Of a stretch of DNA of 64,000 nucleotides, positions 22,243 through 33,598 are shown piece after piece. The stretch is taken from positions 1,612,001-1,676,000 of the forward strand of contig JBLDXI010000007.1 of assembly GCA_047495785.1 (NCBI GenBank). Reading direction: 5' to 3'. This DNA is from Lepidodermella squamata (lineage: Eukaryota; Animalia; Gastrotricha). Under the pieces are notes generated by a model. The model was not told where the DNA came from. It did not search any database and saw only the letters and a program-made list of their open reading frames with translations. Made by a program: the position numbers and the translations under genes. Numbering within the stretch: position 1 is the stretch's first letter; each line of letters begins with the position of its first letter.

Positions 22243-24633
22243 ATGAACGTAGCGTCGTTAATTTTACTCTCCCTCATCCCTGCGAAATCAGCAGCTGATA
22301 AGCCATTCATTCTGAAAATTCCAATGACAATGCCACTGGGTGGCCGAGTCAACCCAATGGGCCCAATGTGTACCGAAGCTGTCAGCTTCGTTCTCGACGC
22401 GATCAATTCAAATCCGAATTTCCTGCCAAATTACAAAATTCAAATCGATTTAGGCGATGACCAGTGTTCAGCCGCGGCCGCCGCCAAAATGTCACTTCAG
22501 ATTTAGGAAAATATTAAGCCAGTTCTACCAGCTTCACAGGTCCTGGGCACATTGACCCTACCAGCAAATAATTTCAGTGAATCGGCCGAAGCTTACGTCC
22601 CGCCCCTTTATATCGGCGGCGTCTGTTCGCCAACGTGTATAACATCAGCCCGCCTGCCACAGCAATATGGCTTCATCAACATTTTGATTGGCTGTGCTGA
22701 AGGTCGTTACACTAACCGGAAACTCTACCCGAATTTCTACCGGTTTGCCCCGTCTTTTCTCGAGGTGGAAAAATTCAGAGCTAAATTTATGGCCTACATG
22801 GGTTGGAATAAAATCGGCTACCTTGCTGATGCAGTTCAACTTAACCCTGAAGATGCCGTTTACTTCTTTCGGGCTGTTTTAGCTGCTGGGAAAAAGGTTG
22901 CGGCTGAAGAGTTTTTCGTTGATAACCCTGCTGATTCACTGGCTAGGCTGAAATCATCTGATGTCCGGGTAATCTGGGGCAACTGCTATTTCAACAATTG
23001 CCCGGCAGTTGCTTGCGAGGCCCATCGAATCGGTCTTTACGGCCCTAAAATCGTATGGATGTTTAACACCTGGATCGACTTCACCAATTCTCCTATAGTA
23101 CCGAATGGTTGTAGCAGGAAAATGATTCTAGAATTTGCTGATTCATCGATATACCTTGGTCAAGATGTGAGCGGGGAATTTCGAGCAGCTGATGCACCGA
23201 CCGATATTGGCTTTACAAGGAGTCAATTTTTGTCCTATATGAGGTCGAAAATTCCTGGTTTTGAACGGCACAACGCTTACGCCTGGAGGCTTCTATGCGC
23301 TGAGGATGTTATTATTGCCGGATCCATTTTACACCGAACAGAGCTTCAACTGAATGGCCACAACGAAACACTCAAAGATTTGATAGCGAATCCCAGTCGA
23401 GCCGTGGAGCTTCGCGAGTTGATCCGGAGCAATACAGAGAACATCAAAGCTTTTGGACTTAATGAAATAGGATTTGTTGATAAAAACTTTGAAGCTATTA
23501 GTCCGCCAATGGCTGTCGAACAACTGAGAAATGGGACTCGTTTTACGGCTCTGGTCACAAGAAATCGAAGCGTGGAGAATATTGATAGGTATTTCGAGAT
23601 TTTATCACCGCTAAAATGGGCCACTCGCGATGCCAAACCCGCAAGGACAGAACCAGTCGATATCATGCGATTAGGACAATCAAACCCTAAACTTATTTCA
23701 GGAATGATAGCTTCAACTGCTATTAGCTTAGCTGCAGTTTGGATAATTCGATTAATCTTGAGGTTTCGGGGAATCCAAAAGTCCGCAACTCTCAATACGC
23801 TGATTTGTATTGGCTCGACCCTCAGTTCGATTTCTGTGTTTACTTACCCTCTGAATGACTCAATCCAGCCTAATTTGACTATCTTCTGTACAGCCCTTGG
23901 TCCTCTGATCACGTTTGGATTTTCCATCTCAATCGGATCTTTAATTGTCAAGCTTTGCCTGATCAAGTTTGATGCTGATAACAAGTACAGGAATTACGGA
24001 TATTGCTTCCTTATCATGATTCTCATGGCAGATGCTTGTCTAATCGAAGCTTGGTACCTTGGCGAGTTCAAACCAACTGCTACCACTTTGAAGAAAGTTT
24101 GGTACGATGAGGCTGACGAGGCTAATGTCATCGAGTTGGCCAATCGATGCTCCTTCACATCACAGATTTCCTATTCCGCGATCGCTCTGATGTGTCTACA
24201 GGCTGGTCTGATTCTATCAGCTGTTATTATTGCAGTTATTTCTCTTCGTAAAAATGTCTCGCAGAAGCAGGTTTTTCCAAATACAATGATCAGTAGATTT
24301 ATTCAGGACTACCAAATACCGCCAAATGTGATGACGCCGAGTACTCGAAAGGAACGAAATGCTAAAGGGAATGCCTTCACGGTATATGGATTGTCAGCGA
24401 TCGTTTTCATCACGGCATTTGCGTTATCAGGCTTTGTTTCCAATCAATTTTCGTTATTTATTGTGGTAGCGGTATATGCGATCGCGACTAATGCCATGAT
24501 AATATTCATGTTTCAACAAGAGATGCGCGCAGCAATTAAGGTTGGAAATAAGTTGAAACATCATCCGAAACAAAGAAATGATCGGGGCCAAAGATCACAG
24601 CAAACTGAGAATATTGCTCCTTGTAGTGAATAG
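22243..24633 (+). pseudogene. GABA-B-like GPCR copy 6 (tail type A), full length with one in-frame TAG at 22504-22506
   Basis: ORFs 22243-22506 and 22552-24633 share a frame; ATT TAG GAA where copies 1, 3, 4, 5 and 8 read I-Y(TAC)-E. Confidence 0.8.
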
Positions 24634-25103
24634 TATAGTGAGTCTTGCCAGTGTATCCAATAAATTCAATGAATTTCAATTTGTTGCTTTGTTACAGGAA
24701 ACAATATGGTCCGAAATCAGGGGATGCTTCATTTGAATTTAGGACTCGAATTCGGACAATTTTTTTCTTGTGTACCTACAGAAAGCATATTTACAAATAA
24801 GCACATCTTGGTGCATTTGCGCGAATGCCAGTTGTCAATTGGGGGTCATTTCGTCTGGTAATCATCCTCCTTCTTACTTCCGTCTCGGGGCGATGCGCTT
24901 CGTTGTATGAATGCTTGTCTCTGGTTGAATTAGGCATAATTATGTTAGCTGAGTCACGCAGCAATGCGAATCATACTACGTCAGTTTACAGCAGTTTCCT
25001 AACTTATGACACCTACAGCATAGTGCAGCATGATATGAGATGAATGATCACCGATCGCCGTCGTAATTATGCATTCTTAAAGAAAACTGTCGCTCTCATA
25101 GAA

Positions 25104-25814
25104 ATGAAAGTATCTTTGGTGATATCAGCTGCTGTTCGCATTTTCAGCGGCACCAGATCTCGTTTCTGCCTTCAACACCGGAAAGAATCCCTTAATTAGC
25201 TGCTTCTAGCCTCTCACATTTCTGATTTAATTAGGCACAATGATGAGTAGCTATGCCGCCGAGTCATGCAACCCGAGCCGAAACAATTAAGAAGGCATGT
25301 TGATCGAGTACACACTGCTCCCACGGGAAGCCTAACCGTCTTCGAAGACGTTATCCATAGGATCAATCGTTTATCCATAGGATCAATTATTTCAGTTACG
25401 TCGTTCCTGGCATGTGTCGAATTGTGTCGTAGGTGTTTCAAGCATCAGACAGTCGCACGACGCATGTGTATATAATTGGCCGAAACTACGAAAAAAGTCC
25501 TGACGAGGAATTCTACAAGTAGATTGGTTGACAAGCAGATCAAACCGTCTCTTTAAGCTGCAATAGCTCTCAATCATCGCCTGGAAAAAGTCCGGAAAAA
25601 GAAAAAGGAGATTCTTTGACCTTTGACCGTGCTCTCAATCTTTCTCATCTCGTCTTTTGCATTCTCAGTTTTCAATGCAGACAATTTCGCGTTGTTTGTT
25701 GTCATGTCGGTATACACAGTCGCAAGTAATTTAATAGTTTAATTCATGATTTCGTACGAGTTACTTGCAACTTGTGCAACTTTGAGAGATGATTCGAAAA
25801 GGAAATATCGATAA
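25104..25814 (+). pseudogene. Rearranged GPCR remnant, copy 7: start fragment at 25104 and type-B 3' end at 25489-25814
   Basis: ATGAAAGTATCT resembles the copy 3 start; 25489-25814 aligns with the last ~330 bp of copies 3 and 5, with indels. Confidence 0.8.
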
Positions 25815-26144
25815 CGGGCTAGAAACATGATATGATAATTTCAGAGAATCCCTTAATCATCACCTGCTTCTTGCCTCAAACATTTCTGATTGAATTAGGC
25901 CTAATAATGAGTTGCTATGCCACCAAGTCATGCAACTGCAATTAATTCGGCATATTGATCGAGTGCACACTCCCACGTGAAGCCTACTTCTCCTCGTAGT
26001 TTCGGCCAATTATATACATATGCGCCTTGCGAATGTCTGATGTTTGAAGCGAAATATGCCAAGAACGACGTAACTGAAATAATTGATCGTCGCGGTATTA
26101 AAGCAATCTTATGGAATGATTATGGCTTGCCATAGCTTCGAAGA

Positions 26145-28463
26145 ATGTATGCTTTTTTAGCTATTTTACTTATATTGACAGCCATCACTGCTGGCGAAAA
26201 GCGTTTTATTTTGAAAATCCCTATGACGATGCCATTGGGTGGCCGAGTCAACCCAATGGGCCCAATGTGTACCGAAGCCCTTAAATTCGTTCTTGAGGCA
26301 ATCAACTCAAATCCGAATTTCTTGCCAAATTACAAAATTCAAATAGATTTAGGCGACGATCAGTGTTCAGCCGCCGCCGCTGCTAAGATGTCTATTCAGA
26401 TATACGAGAACATTAAACCAGTTCTACCAGCATCTCAAGTGCTGGGAACGTTGACCCTACCAGAGAATTTCACTGAGTCGAGCGAAGCTTATGTTCCTCC
26501 CATATACATTGGAGGAATTTGCTCCCCTACATGTTCAGCCTCAGCTCGCCTGCCCCAGCAATACGGCTTCATCAATATACTGATTGGGTGCAATGAGCCA
26601 CGCTACACAAATCGAAAGCTATACCCGAATTTCTATAGGTTCGCGCCATCTTTTATTGAGGTTGAAAAATTCAGAGCAAAACTGTTGACCCACATGGGCT
26701 GGAATAAAATCGGATACTTGGCTGATGCCGTTCAAACGACACCTGAGGATGCTGTCTACTTTTTCAGGGCTGTTCTAGCTGCTGGGAAGAAAGTTGCGGC
26801 TGAGGAGTTCTTCGTAGATAGCCCAGCTGAGTCTTTAGCCAGGCTGCAATCTGCCGATGTCCGAGTAATCTGGGCAAACTGCTATTTTAATAACTGCCCG
26901 GCAGTTGCTTGCGAAGCTCACCGAATCGGTCTTTTCGGCCCTAAGTATGTTTGGATGTTCAACATCTGGATTGATTTCACCAACCTTCCCGCATCAACTA
27001 GCTGCTCGAGGAAAATACTACTCGAATTCGCTGAGTTCTCGATATATATTGGTCAAGATGTGAGTGGGGAATCTCGACCAGATGATACTCGAACTGGAAT
27101 AGGAGTAACTCGAGGTGAATTCCTAAACCATATGAGGACTAAAATTCCTGAATTTGAACGTCACAACGCTTACGCTTGGCGATTAGTATGCGCCGAGGAT
27201 GTCATTATCGCGGCCTCAGTTCTGCACCAAGTTGAGATGCAACTAATAAGTGACAATGAAACGCTTAAAGATCTGATCACAAATTCAAGCCGAAGTTCGG
27301 AGCTTCGGGAGTTGATCCGAGTCAACACGGAGAACATTAAAGCTACTGGCCTTCTGTATGATGCTGGATTTGTCGATAGACAGTTTGAGTCGATTGGCCC
27401 ACCTCTTGTCATTGTGCAACAAGTGAAAGGAACTCGTTTTACTGCTCTGGTCACAACAAATCGAAGTGAGGAAAATATGGATAGGTATTTTCAGATTTTA
27501 TCACCGCTAAAATGGGCCACCGTTGACGGCAAACCCCCGATGACAGAGCCTGTCGAAATCATACGATTGAAAAAATCGAGCTCCAAAATTATTACTGGAG
27601 TGATAACTTCATCTGCTATTAGCTTAGCCGCAGTTTGGATGGTTCGATTAATCATGAAGTTACGGAAAATCGATAAGTCCGCAACTCTCAATACGCTGAT
27701 TTGTATTGGCCCGACCCTGGGTTCAATTTCTGTTTTCACTTACCCTCTGGACGATTCGATTCAGCCTAATTTGACGCTCTTCTGTACAGCTCTTGGTCCT
27801 CTAATATCGTTTGGATTTTCCATCTCAATCGGATCTTTAATTGTCAAGCTTTGCCTGATCAAGTTTGATGCCGGAAATAAGTATAGGAATTACGGTTATT
27901 GCTTCCTTATCATGATTCTCATGGCAGATGCTTGTCTACTTGAAGCTTGGTACCTCAGCAAATTCAAACCAACTGCTACAACTATGAGAAAAATTTGGTA
28001 CGATGAGGCATATGACGCTAACATCACCGAGGTGGCCAATCGATGCTCTTTCACATCATCGCAGGTTTCCTATTCCGCGATCGCTCTGATGTGTCTACAG
28101 GCAGTTTTGATTATATCAGCTGTTATTCTTGCGGTCGCCTCGTTTCGAACAAAGGATCAGCCGAGGTCCGTTGCAAGCAGGTTGACAAACAGATCCAATC
28201 GCCCGTATATTGTTGAAACCACGTTAACTCATCGCATGGAACAAGCGCTGACAAAAGGAAATGCGTTGGCCGTATATGGCCTGGTATCGATTGTTCTCAT
28301 CTCGTCATTTGCATTTTCCGGTTTCCATTCAAATGACTCGGCGTTGTTTATTATTATATCTGTATACGTAATCGCGACTAATTTGATACTTATATCGATG
28401 TTTTTGTATGAGTCAATCGCAACTTGCGTCAAGCCGAGAGGCAATTCTAATCTGAGATGTTGA
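26145..28463 (+). CDS. GABA-B-like class C GPCR, copy 8 (772 aa; A-type TM3-5, B-type ICL3 to TM7)
   Basis: Intact ORF with the same motifs. Confidence 0.9.
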   Translation: MYAFLAILLILTAITAGEKRFILKIPMTMPLGGRVNPMGPMCTEALKFVLEAINSNPNFLPNYKIQIDLGDDQCSAAAAAKMSIQIYENIKPVLPASQVLGTLTLPENFTESSEAYVPPIYIGGICSPTCSASARLPQQYGFINILIGCNEPRYTNRKLYPNFYRFAPSFIEVEKFRAKLLTHMGWNKIGYLADAVQTTPEDAVYFFRAVLAAGKKVAAEEFFVDSPAESLARLQSADVRVIWANCYFNNCPAVACEAHRIGLFGPKYVWMFNIWIDFTNLPASTSCSRKILLEFAEFSIYIGQDVSGESRPDDTRTGIGVTRGEFLNHMRTKIPEFERHNAYAWRLVCAEDVIIAASVLHQVEMQLISDNETLKDLITNSSRSSELRELIRVNTENIKATGLLYDAGFVDRQFESIGPPLVIVQQVKGTRFTALVTTNRSEENMDRYFQILSPLKWATVDGKPPMTEPVEIIRLKKSSSKIITGVITSSAISLAAVWMVRLIMKLRKIDKSATLNTLICIGPTLGSISVFTYPLDDSIQPNLTLFCTALGPLISFGFSISIGSLIVKLCLIKFDAGNKYRNYGYCFLIMILMADACLLEAWYLSKFKPTATTMRKIWYDEAYDANITEVANRCSFTSSQVSYSAIALMCLQAVLIISAVILAVASFRTKDQPRSVASRLTNRSNRPYIVETTLTHRMEQALTKGNALAVYGLVSIVLISSFAFSGFHSNDSALFIIISVYVIATNLILISMFLYESIATCVKPRGNSNLRC

Positions 28464-29211
28464 TACCGGGCCAGAACCGATGTTTTGTATGTAGAGGCAA
28501 CGATGGCTAAAAAATTAGAAGCAAGATTTTTGGAAACGGGGAAATGATCGAGAGCAAAGATTAAGGCTTAATACTGCTGTTCCTTGCCGTGAACCGTTTT
28601 ATCTTTTCATAATACAGTGTGTCCAATAAATGTCAACTAAGTCGTCGATTCGTGAAATGTTTCCACGATGCTACATCCGTTCGCTGGGGGACTCGAGCCC
28701 GATTTTTTAGCCATCGCCATTGTTACGCGATCAACTGTTAGCAAGCAGCAGGTCAGCGACATCATGTTTGCGTTCACGTTTTGTATGCAGCAACAAATGA
28801 TATATATTACTCTTCGGGCCCATCAGAATGTTGACTACAGGCTGGACGCAGAAATGTACTGTGAATGACTCGATTTACCAAGTGCACATTTACATGATGA
28901 ATTGTCGTCAATGATCTATATCCGAAAGGCGATGCCAGTATCGTATTACATTGAGCAGCCGCGCTTCGCAGCAATCACTCTTTAATGCTGTCTGGGACAA
29001 CCCTGCAAGGAGTATTCCTCAGTTAATTTAGCCCAAAATATATCAGTATCACTTTGCAAAAATTGAAAGCTTCAGCGAATTTTTCTATGAGTTTTCATTA
29101 ACAGAGTGAATCGGCTAGGATTAAAATTTACTGAACCTACCCTACAATAATCTAATACTGCTGACTTCCCGGACCATAATGTTTTCTTTATTTTATCAAT
29201 TTAGAGCTAAT

Positions 29212-31701
29212 ATGAGAAGCTTGATAACAAGCCTTTTCCAGGACTGGTTAGGCCGCAAAATGATTCTGGGACTGATGCTCGTGATCATGAAAGGAACAAT
29301 AGCCGATAAGCTGTACACCCTTAAGATTCCGATGAATGCTCCGCTAGGCGGCCCGGTTAATCCGATGGGCAACATGTGCACGGAAGCTTCAACCATCGCT
29401 TTGGAGGCTATCAACGCTAACCCTGATATCCTGCCGGATTACAAAATTCAAATAGATATGGCCGACGACCAGTGCCTAGCAGTTGCCGCTCTGAAAACCA
29501 CGATAAACATGTACGATAACCTGAAACCTGTCGTCCCGAGCTCGAAGACGTTCGGAGTCGCCTCGTTGCCAGTGAACGAAACCTTCGCAAGTGAAGCGTA
29601 TGTCCCGCCGATTTATCTCGGCGGCATCTGTTCGCCGACATGCACAACAGCCTCAAGAATGCCGCAGAGTTATGGCTTTATCAACGTTGTAGTTGGGTGC
29701 ACGGAACCTCAGTTCACTAATCGAAAACGATTCGCAAATTTCTACCGTTTCGCCCCGTCGTTCCTTGAGGTGGAGAAGTTCCGCGCGAAAATCATGAACC
29801 TAGTCGGCTGGAACCGCATCGGGTACCTCGCTGATGCCGTACAAACAACGTATGACGACTTTATCTACTTCGCTAAGGCAGAACTAGCCGCCGGGAAGAA
29901 GATCGCGGCGGAAGAGTTCTACTTCGATAATCCGGCAGAATCGCTGCGCCGGTTGAAAGCTGCCGATGTAAGGGTAATCTACGCCAATTGCTACGTCAAC
30001 CTATGCCCGGCTATGGCTTGCGAAGCTCATCGCCAAGGGTTGTATGGGCCTCATATCATATGGATGTTCAACTCATGGATCGATGTCGCAAATACGGCGG
30101 TCCTACCACCGAATTGCACTCGTAAGATGTTGCAAGAATTTGCCGAAAGTTCGCTGTACATCGGGCCTGACTTCCAAGCAACTTCAGTGCCAATGGACTC
30201 GGTGAATACGATTGGATTCACGCTGCGTCAATTCAATGATTTGATGATGAAACGAGTTCCGGACTTCGCAAGTCGAATGGGTGCCTATGCTTGGAGAATC
30301 TTTTGTTTCCAAGACGTCATTCTGGGTGCTCGAATTCTCCACAACGCCGAATTGGAGCTTAATCGACAAAATGAAACTTTGAAAGACCTGATAGCCGATC
30401 CGAGTCGGAAAGAAGAGCTCACAGAGCTTATTCGGAGAAACACGAAACAGCTTGATACTTCCGGAGTTTTTGGCCGAGATGCTTTTGTCAACGGGACAGA
30501 TGAAGGTCTCAACCCTCCAATCGTTGCACTGCAAGTTGCGAAGGGCTCTCGGAAGCCTGTTCTAGTTTCAAGGGAGCTTGATCGCTACAACAGTGACATC
30601 AACAAATTTTTCACGAGGCTGAATCCGATGCAATGGGCCACCCCTGATGGCAGGCCTCCTCTAACCGAGCCGTTGGAAGTTGAAATCAGAAGACATGTAG
30701 GACCAGACATCGTATTGGGCATGATTATCGCTACGGCGGTTTTTGTCTTTTTGAACTGGGTGGTTGGGTTTTTGACCTGGCATAGCTCGCCTACGTTCAA
30801 TTGGTTCAATCTTCTGGCAACACTAGGGGCGACGGCTATTTCGGTATCAGTTTTTCTATTCCCTTTAGACAGCTCGGATCACGAGAACCTTTCCATTTTT
30901 TGCATTGGTGTTCCGCCGTTGTTTCTTCTTGGATTTTCGGCGATGATCGGAGCTTTATTCCTCAAGTTGTGGGGGTTCAGGCACCGACCTGAGGACCGGA
31001 ACGAAAAGCTTCATTATTCGATATTTGCGAGTCTTCTGTTTGTCGACACCTGTCTGCTTGAAGGATGGTACCTCACAGAATTTATGCCGAAATCTATTGT
31101 TGTCACGAAAAGTTCGTACAACGAAATTTCCGATACGATACTCAATGAATATACGTACATTTGCTCCTTCGACAGCGGAGATGTCCATCCGAAATCTGCG
31201 ATTGTTCTAGTTTCCCTTCAGGGCTTGCTGCTGTTTGCTTCTGTCATCGCAGCTATCGGATCCTTCAAAAAGCGAGGACGTCCGCCTAATTCCGCCGCTG
31301 TCTCGCAAAATGTGAATCGAAAAAGTTCCAATAACACACGCAATTCTGTCGCGAGGCTATCCATTGCTGCTAATCAACGCGAATCAAATGCTCATCACAT
31401 TAATTTCGGCGAAGCTCTTATCGAGGAGTTGAGCCATCAGGAGGTGAAAAACATTGCCCTGACGTTGTATTTCCTAGCGTCCATCGCTCTGCTCTGTGCA
31501 TTTGCGTTGGCTGTTTTCGAAATGTCTCCTGTTGGGCTAATCGCGATAATGACAACTTACGCGCTTGCGAGTAATTTCGGGCTGATCATGCTTTTCCAGC
31601 GGCGCACGATAATGATGGGTTTGTCTAAGATTGGTCTGGTTAAGGATGTCAGTCTTAGTAGTAGCGTCAGCATCGCCGTTGGAACTGATGCTCCCAATTA
31701 G
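29212..31701 (+). CDS. GABA-B-like class C GPCR, divergent copy 9 (start at 29212 or 29260)
   Basis: Same motifs but much more diverged; a splice-acceptor-like TTTTATCAATTTAG at 29191-29204 argues against the 29179 start. Confidence 0.88.
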   Translation: MRSLITSLFQDWLGRKMILGLMLVIMKGTIADKLYTLKIPMNAPLGGPVNPMGNMCTEASTIALEAINANPDILPDYKIQIDMADDQCLAVAALKTTINMYDNLKPVVPSSKTFGVASLPVNETFASEAYVPPIYLGGICSPTCTTASRMPQSYGFINVVVGCTEPQFTNRKRFANFYRFAPSFLEVEKFRAKIMNLVGWNRIGYLADAVQTTYDDFIYFAKAELAAGKKIAAEEFYFDNPAESLRRLKAADVRVIYANCYVNLCPAMACEAHRQGLYGPHIIWMFNSWIDVANTAVLPPNCTRKMLQEFAESSLYIGPDFQATSVPMDSVNTIGFTLRQFNDLMMKRVPDFASRMGAYAWRIFCFQDVILGARILHNAELELNRQNETLKDLIADPSRKEELTELIRRNTKQLDTSGVFGRDAFVNGTDEGLNPPIVALQVAKGSRKPVLVSRELDRYNSDINKFFTRLNPMQWATPDGRPPLTEPLEVEIRRHVGPDIVLGMIIATAVFVFLNWVVGFLTWHSSPTFNWFNLLATLGATAISVSVFLFPLDSSDHENLSIFCIGVPPLFLLGFSAMIGALFLKLWGFRHRPEDRNEKLHYSIFASLLFVDTCLLEGWYLTEFMPKSIVVTKSSYNEISDTILNEYTYICSFDSGDVHPKSAIVLVSLQGLLLFASVIAAIGSFKKRGRPPNSAAVSQNVNRKSSNNTRNSVARLSIAANQRESNAHHINFGEALIEELSHQEVKNIALTLYFLASIALLCAFALAVFEMSPVGLIAIMTTYALASNFGLIMLFQRRTIMMGLSKIGLVKDVSLSSSVSIAVGTDAPN

Positions 31702-32583
31702 AGACCAAGCGTTCCAAGTTAATTACTACCGTTATGAACTGTTGTAAGTCTTAGAAAAGCAAGACTTGAAAGTTATATATCCGACATAATCACTTTAATC
31801 GATTTTGCAAAATGTAACAAATCGTAACTGCACCATATGAATAAATTTGCAATAATAGTGATCTGTCGGTGAATTTGAGAAGAATCAGGTTACTCCGGCC
31901 TTGAGATAGCCACCTAATAACGACTGAGCTGATAGATGACTAAGGACTAAGTTCTACATCTGCCCGAATAGCAATAGAGTTTCGTCCACAGTTAAAGGAT
32001 TTTTTGCATGAGATTAGAGAATTGGAGCCAGTCGCAGGCTTCTATCGCAAGACGATAAAATGTGACTATTTACAGGCTAAATTCGGTCCATAATGCTACT
32101 CGTAGTATGATCGTCTTAAATGACAAAAAGAGCCCTGTCGTGTGGCTATAAAAAGACTGGTGTTATTCTGAATTATTGCGATTCTGTAATTTAGTGTCCT
32201 CGCACACTCCAGAAGTCAGAGTGATGTTCCAACATACTTAGCTTGGAGGAGCTGAGATTGAGGATTGAGTGCTTATGGCGATTCGCCAAAGCACGCGACC
32301 ATGAATATTCTCGTGACTCGATTTGCGTTACAATCACCACGTGGCGATTTTGCGTCGAAATAATAAATAATATGCTTTCTCAGAAAGGGGGTCCCCCATA
32401 TTTCATAAAGTAACAGTCTCCCTTAAAATGTTCTCCCTTATCTGCCTTATGACCAATTAACTAAGTTCACGGGCCGAGCGACGCCTGTTTTGACTACAGC
32501 AAAAGCTAATTCACTGTTTTTATATGCAGAATATTATCCATAAAGTAAATTGATCACCAGATCTATTCAAGAACAAGCTGATA

Positions 32584-33285
32584 ATGTCCTACACTTTGCA
32601 TTACTTCAACGGCCGTGGTCGAGCTGAAGTCATTCGTTACATGTTCGTCCTAAGCAAGACTCCTTACACTGACCATCGTTTCAACGGCGAGGAATGGACC
32701 AAGACGATTAAGGCTACAATGCCATTGGGCCAAGTTCCTGCCCTTGAGGTCACTAAGGACGGCAAAACGTTTCACATTGTTCAAAGCGGGGCCATTGCCC
32801 GCTATGTTGGCCGAGTAACTGGTATGGCTGGGAAATCGCCCGAAGAGACAGCTAGAGCTGACGAAGCCTTCGAAAGCCTACGCGAACTTTTGGACTTCTT
32901 CGGGAAAGTTTATGGTGAAAGCGATGCGGAGAAGAAGGCCAAGTTGTTAACGCAGCTTACCGACGAATTAATTCCTCGCATTTTCGGGTTCTTGGAACGT
33001 CGCGTCAAAGAGAACGGCGGTAGAAACCTTGCCGGTGGTGACGGGGTAAATAAACTCTTTTTTCATTCCTTTTACTGAAAATTATCGAGTTATCGTGTAT
33101 TTTAGTACACTTATGCTGACGCTTTTTTGGCACAAATTTACGACGCTGCACCGCGAGACAAAATTGTAGATGCCCAGAAAATATGGGAGAAATTTCCAGG
33201 ACTAACTGCTCTGGCCAAGGCTATCAATGAGTCGCCGGAAATTTCAGCCTACATCGCCACTCGCGACAACAACACTCCGTTTTAA
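32584..33285 (+). CDS. Glutathione S-transferase, sigma class; exons 32584-33045 and 33106-33285 (213 aa)
   Basis: YTLHYFNGRGRAEVIR, PLGQVPALE, QSGAIARY; 60-bp phase-0 intron; exon 2 reads YTYAD..FPGL..PEISAYIATRDNNTPF*. Confidence 0.93.
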
Positions 33286-33598
33286 TACGGCGCATGCTGA
33301 CGAGTTATGCACGATGTCGCTTGAAAGAGAATAAAGATAAGCAATATTATTTTTAAGGTGGCGTTTTTTCCTTTATCGGCCACGCTTATTTTATTTGACC
33401 TATGCCGCTCATTAGTACCGTCATCCGGGCTTTTCAGATAATGAGTATTCGGTGACACGTTCGTTCAATATGAGTTCTTACATCTAGATCACCATGTAAA
33501 AATGAAGGCAAACGCAACAAAACAATTTATTCAATATCTGATCCAGAGTGATTCAATTTAACAAAGTAACCGGTATTTTACAACAACGATTACACGAT

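Noticed and set aside
4509-31701. GABBR1/GABBR2 orthology, and the many minus-strand ORFs over these genes
   Set aside because: The copies lack the coiled-coil tail and key GABA-contact motifs; the antisense ORFs are shadows of the sense genes.
33416-33432. TACCGTCATCCGGGCT, resembling the TIR of the 8691 MITE
   Set aside because: Short solitary match with no partner end.
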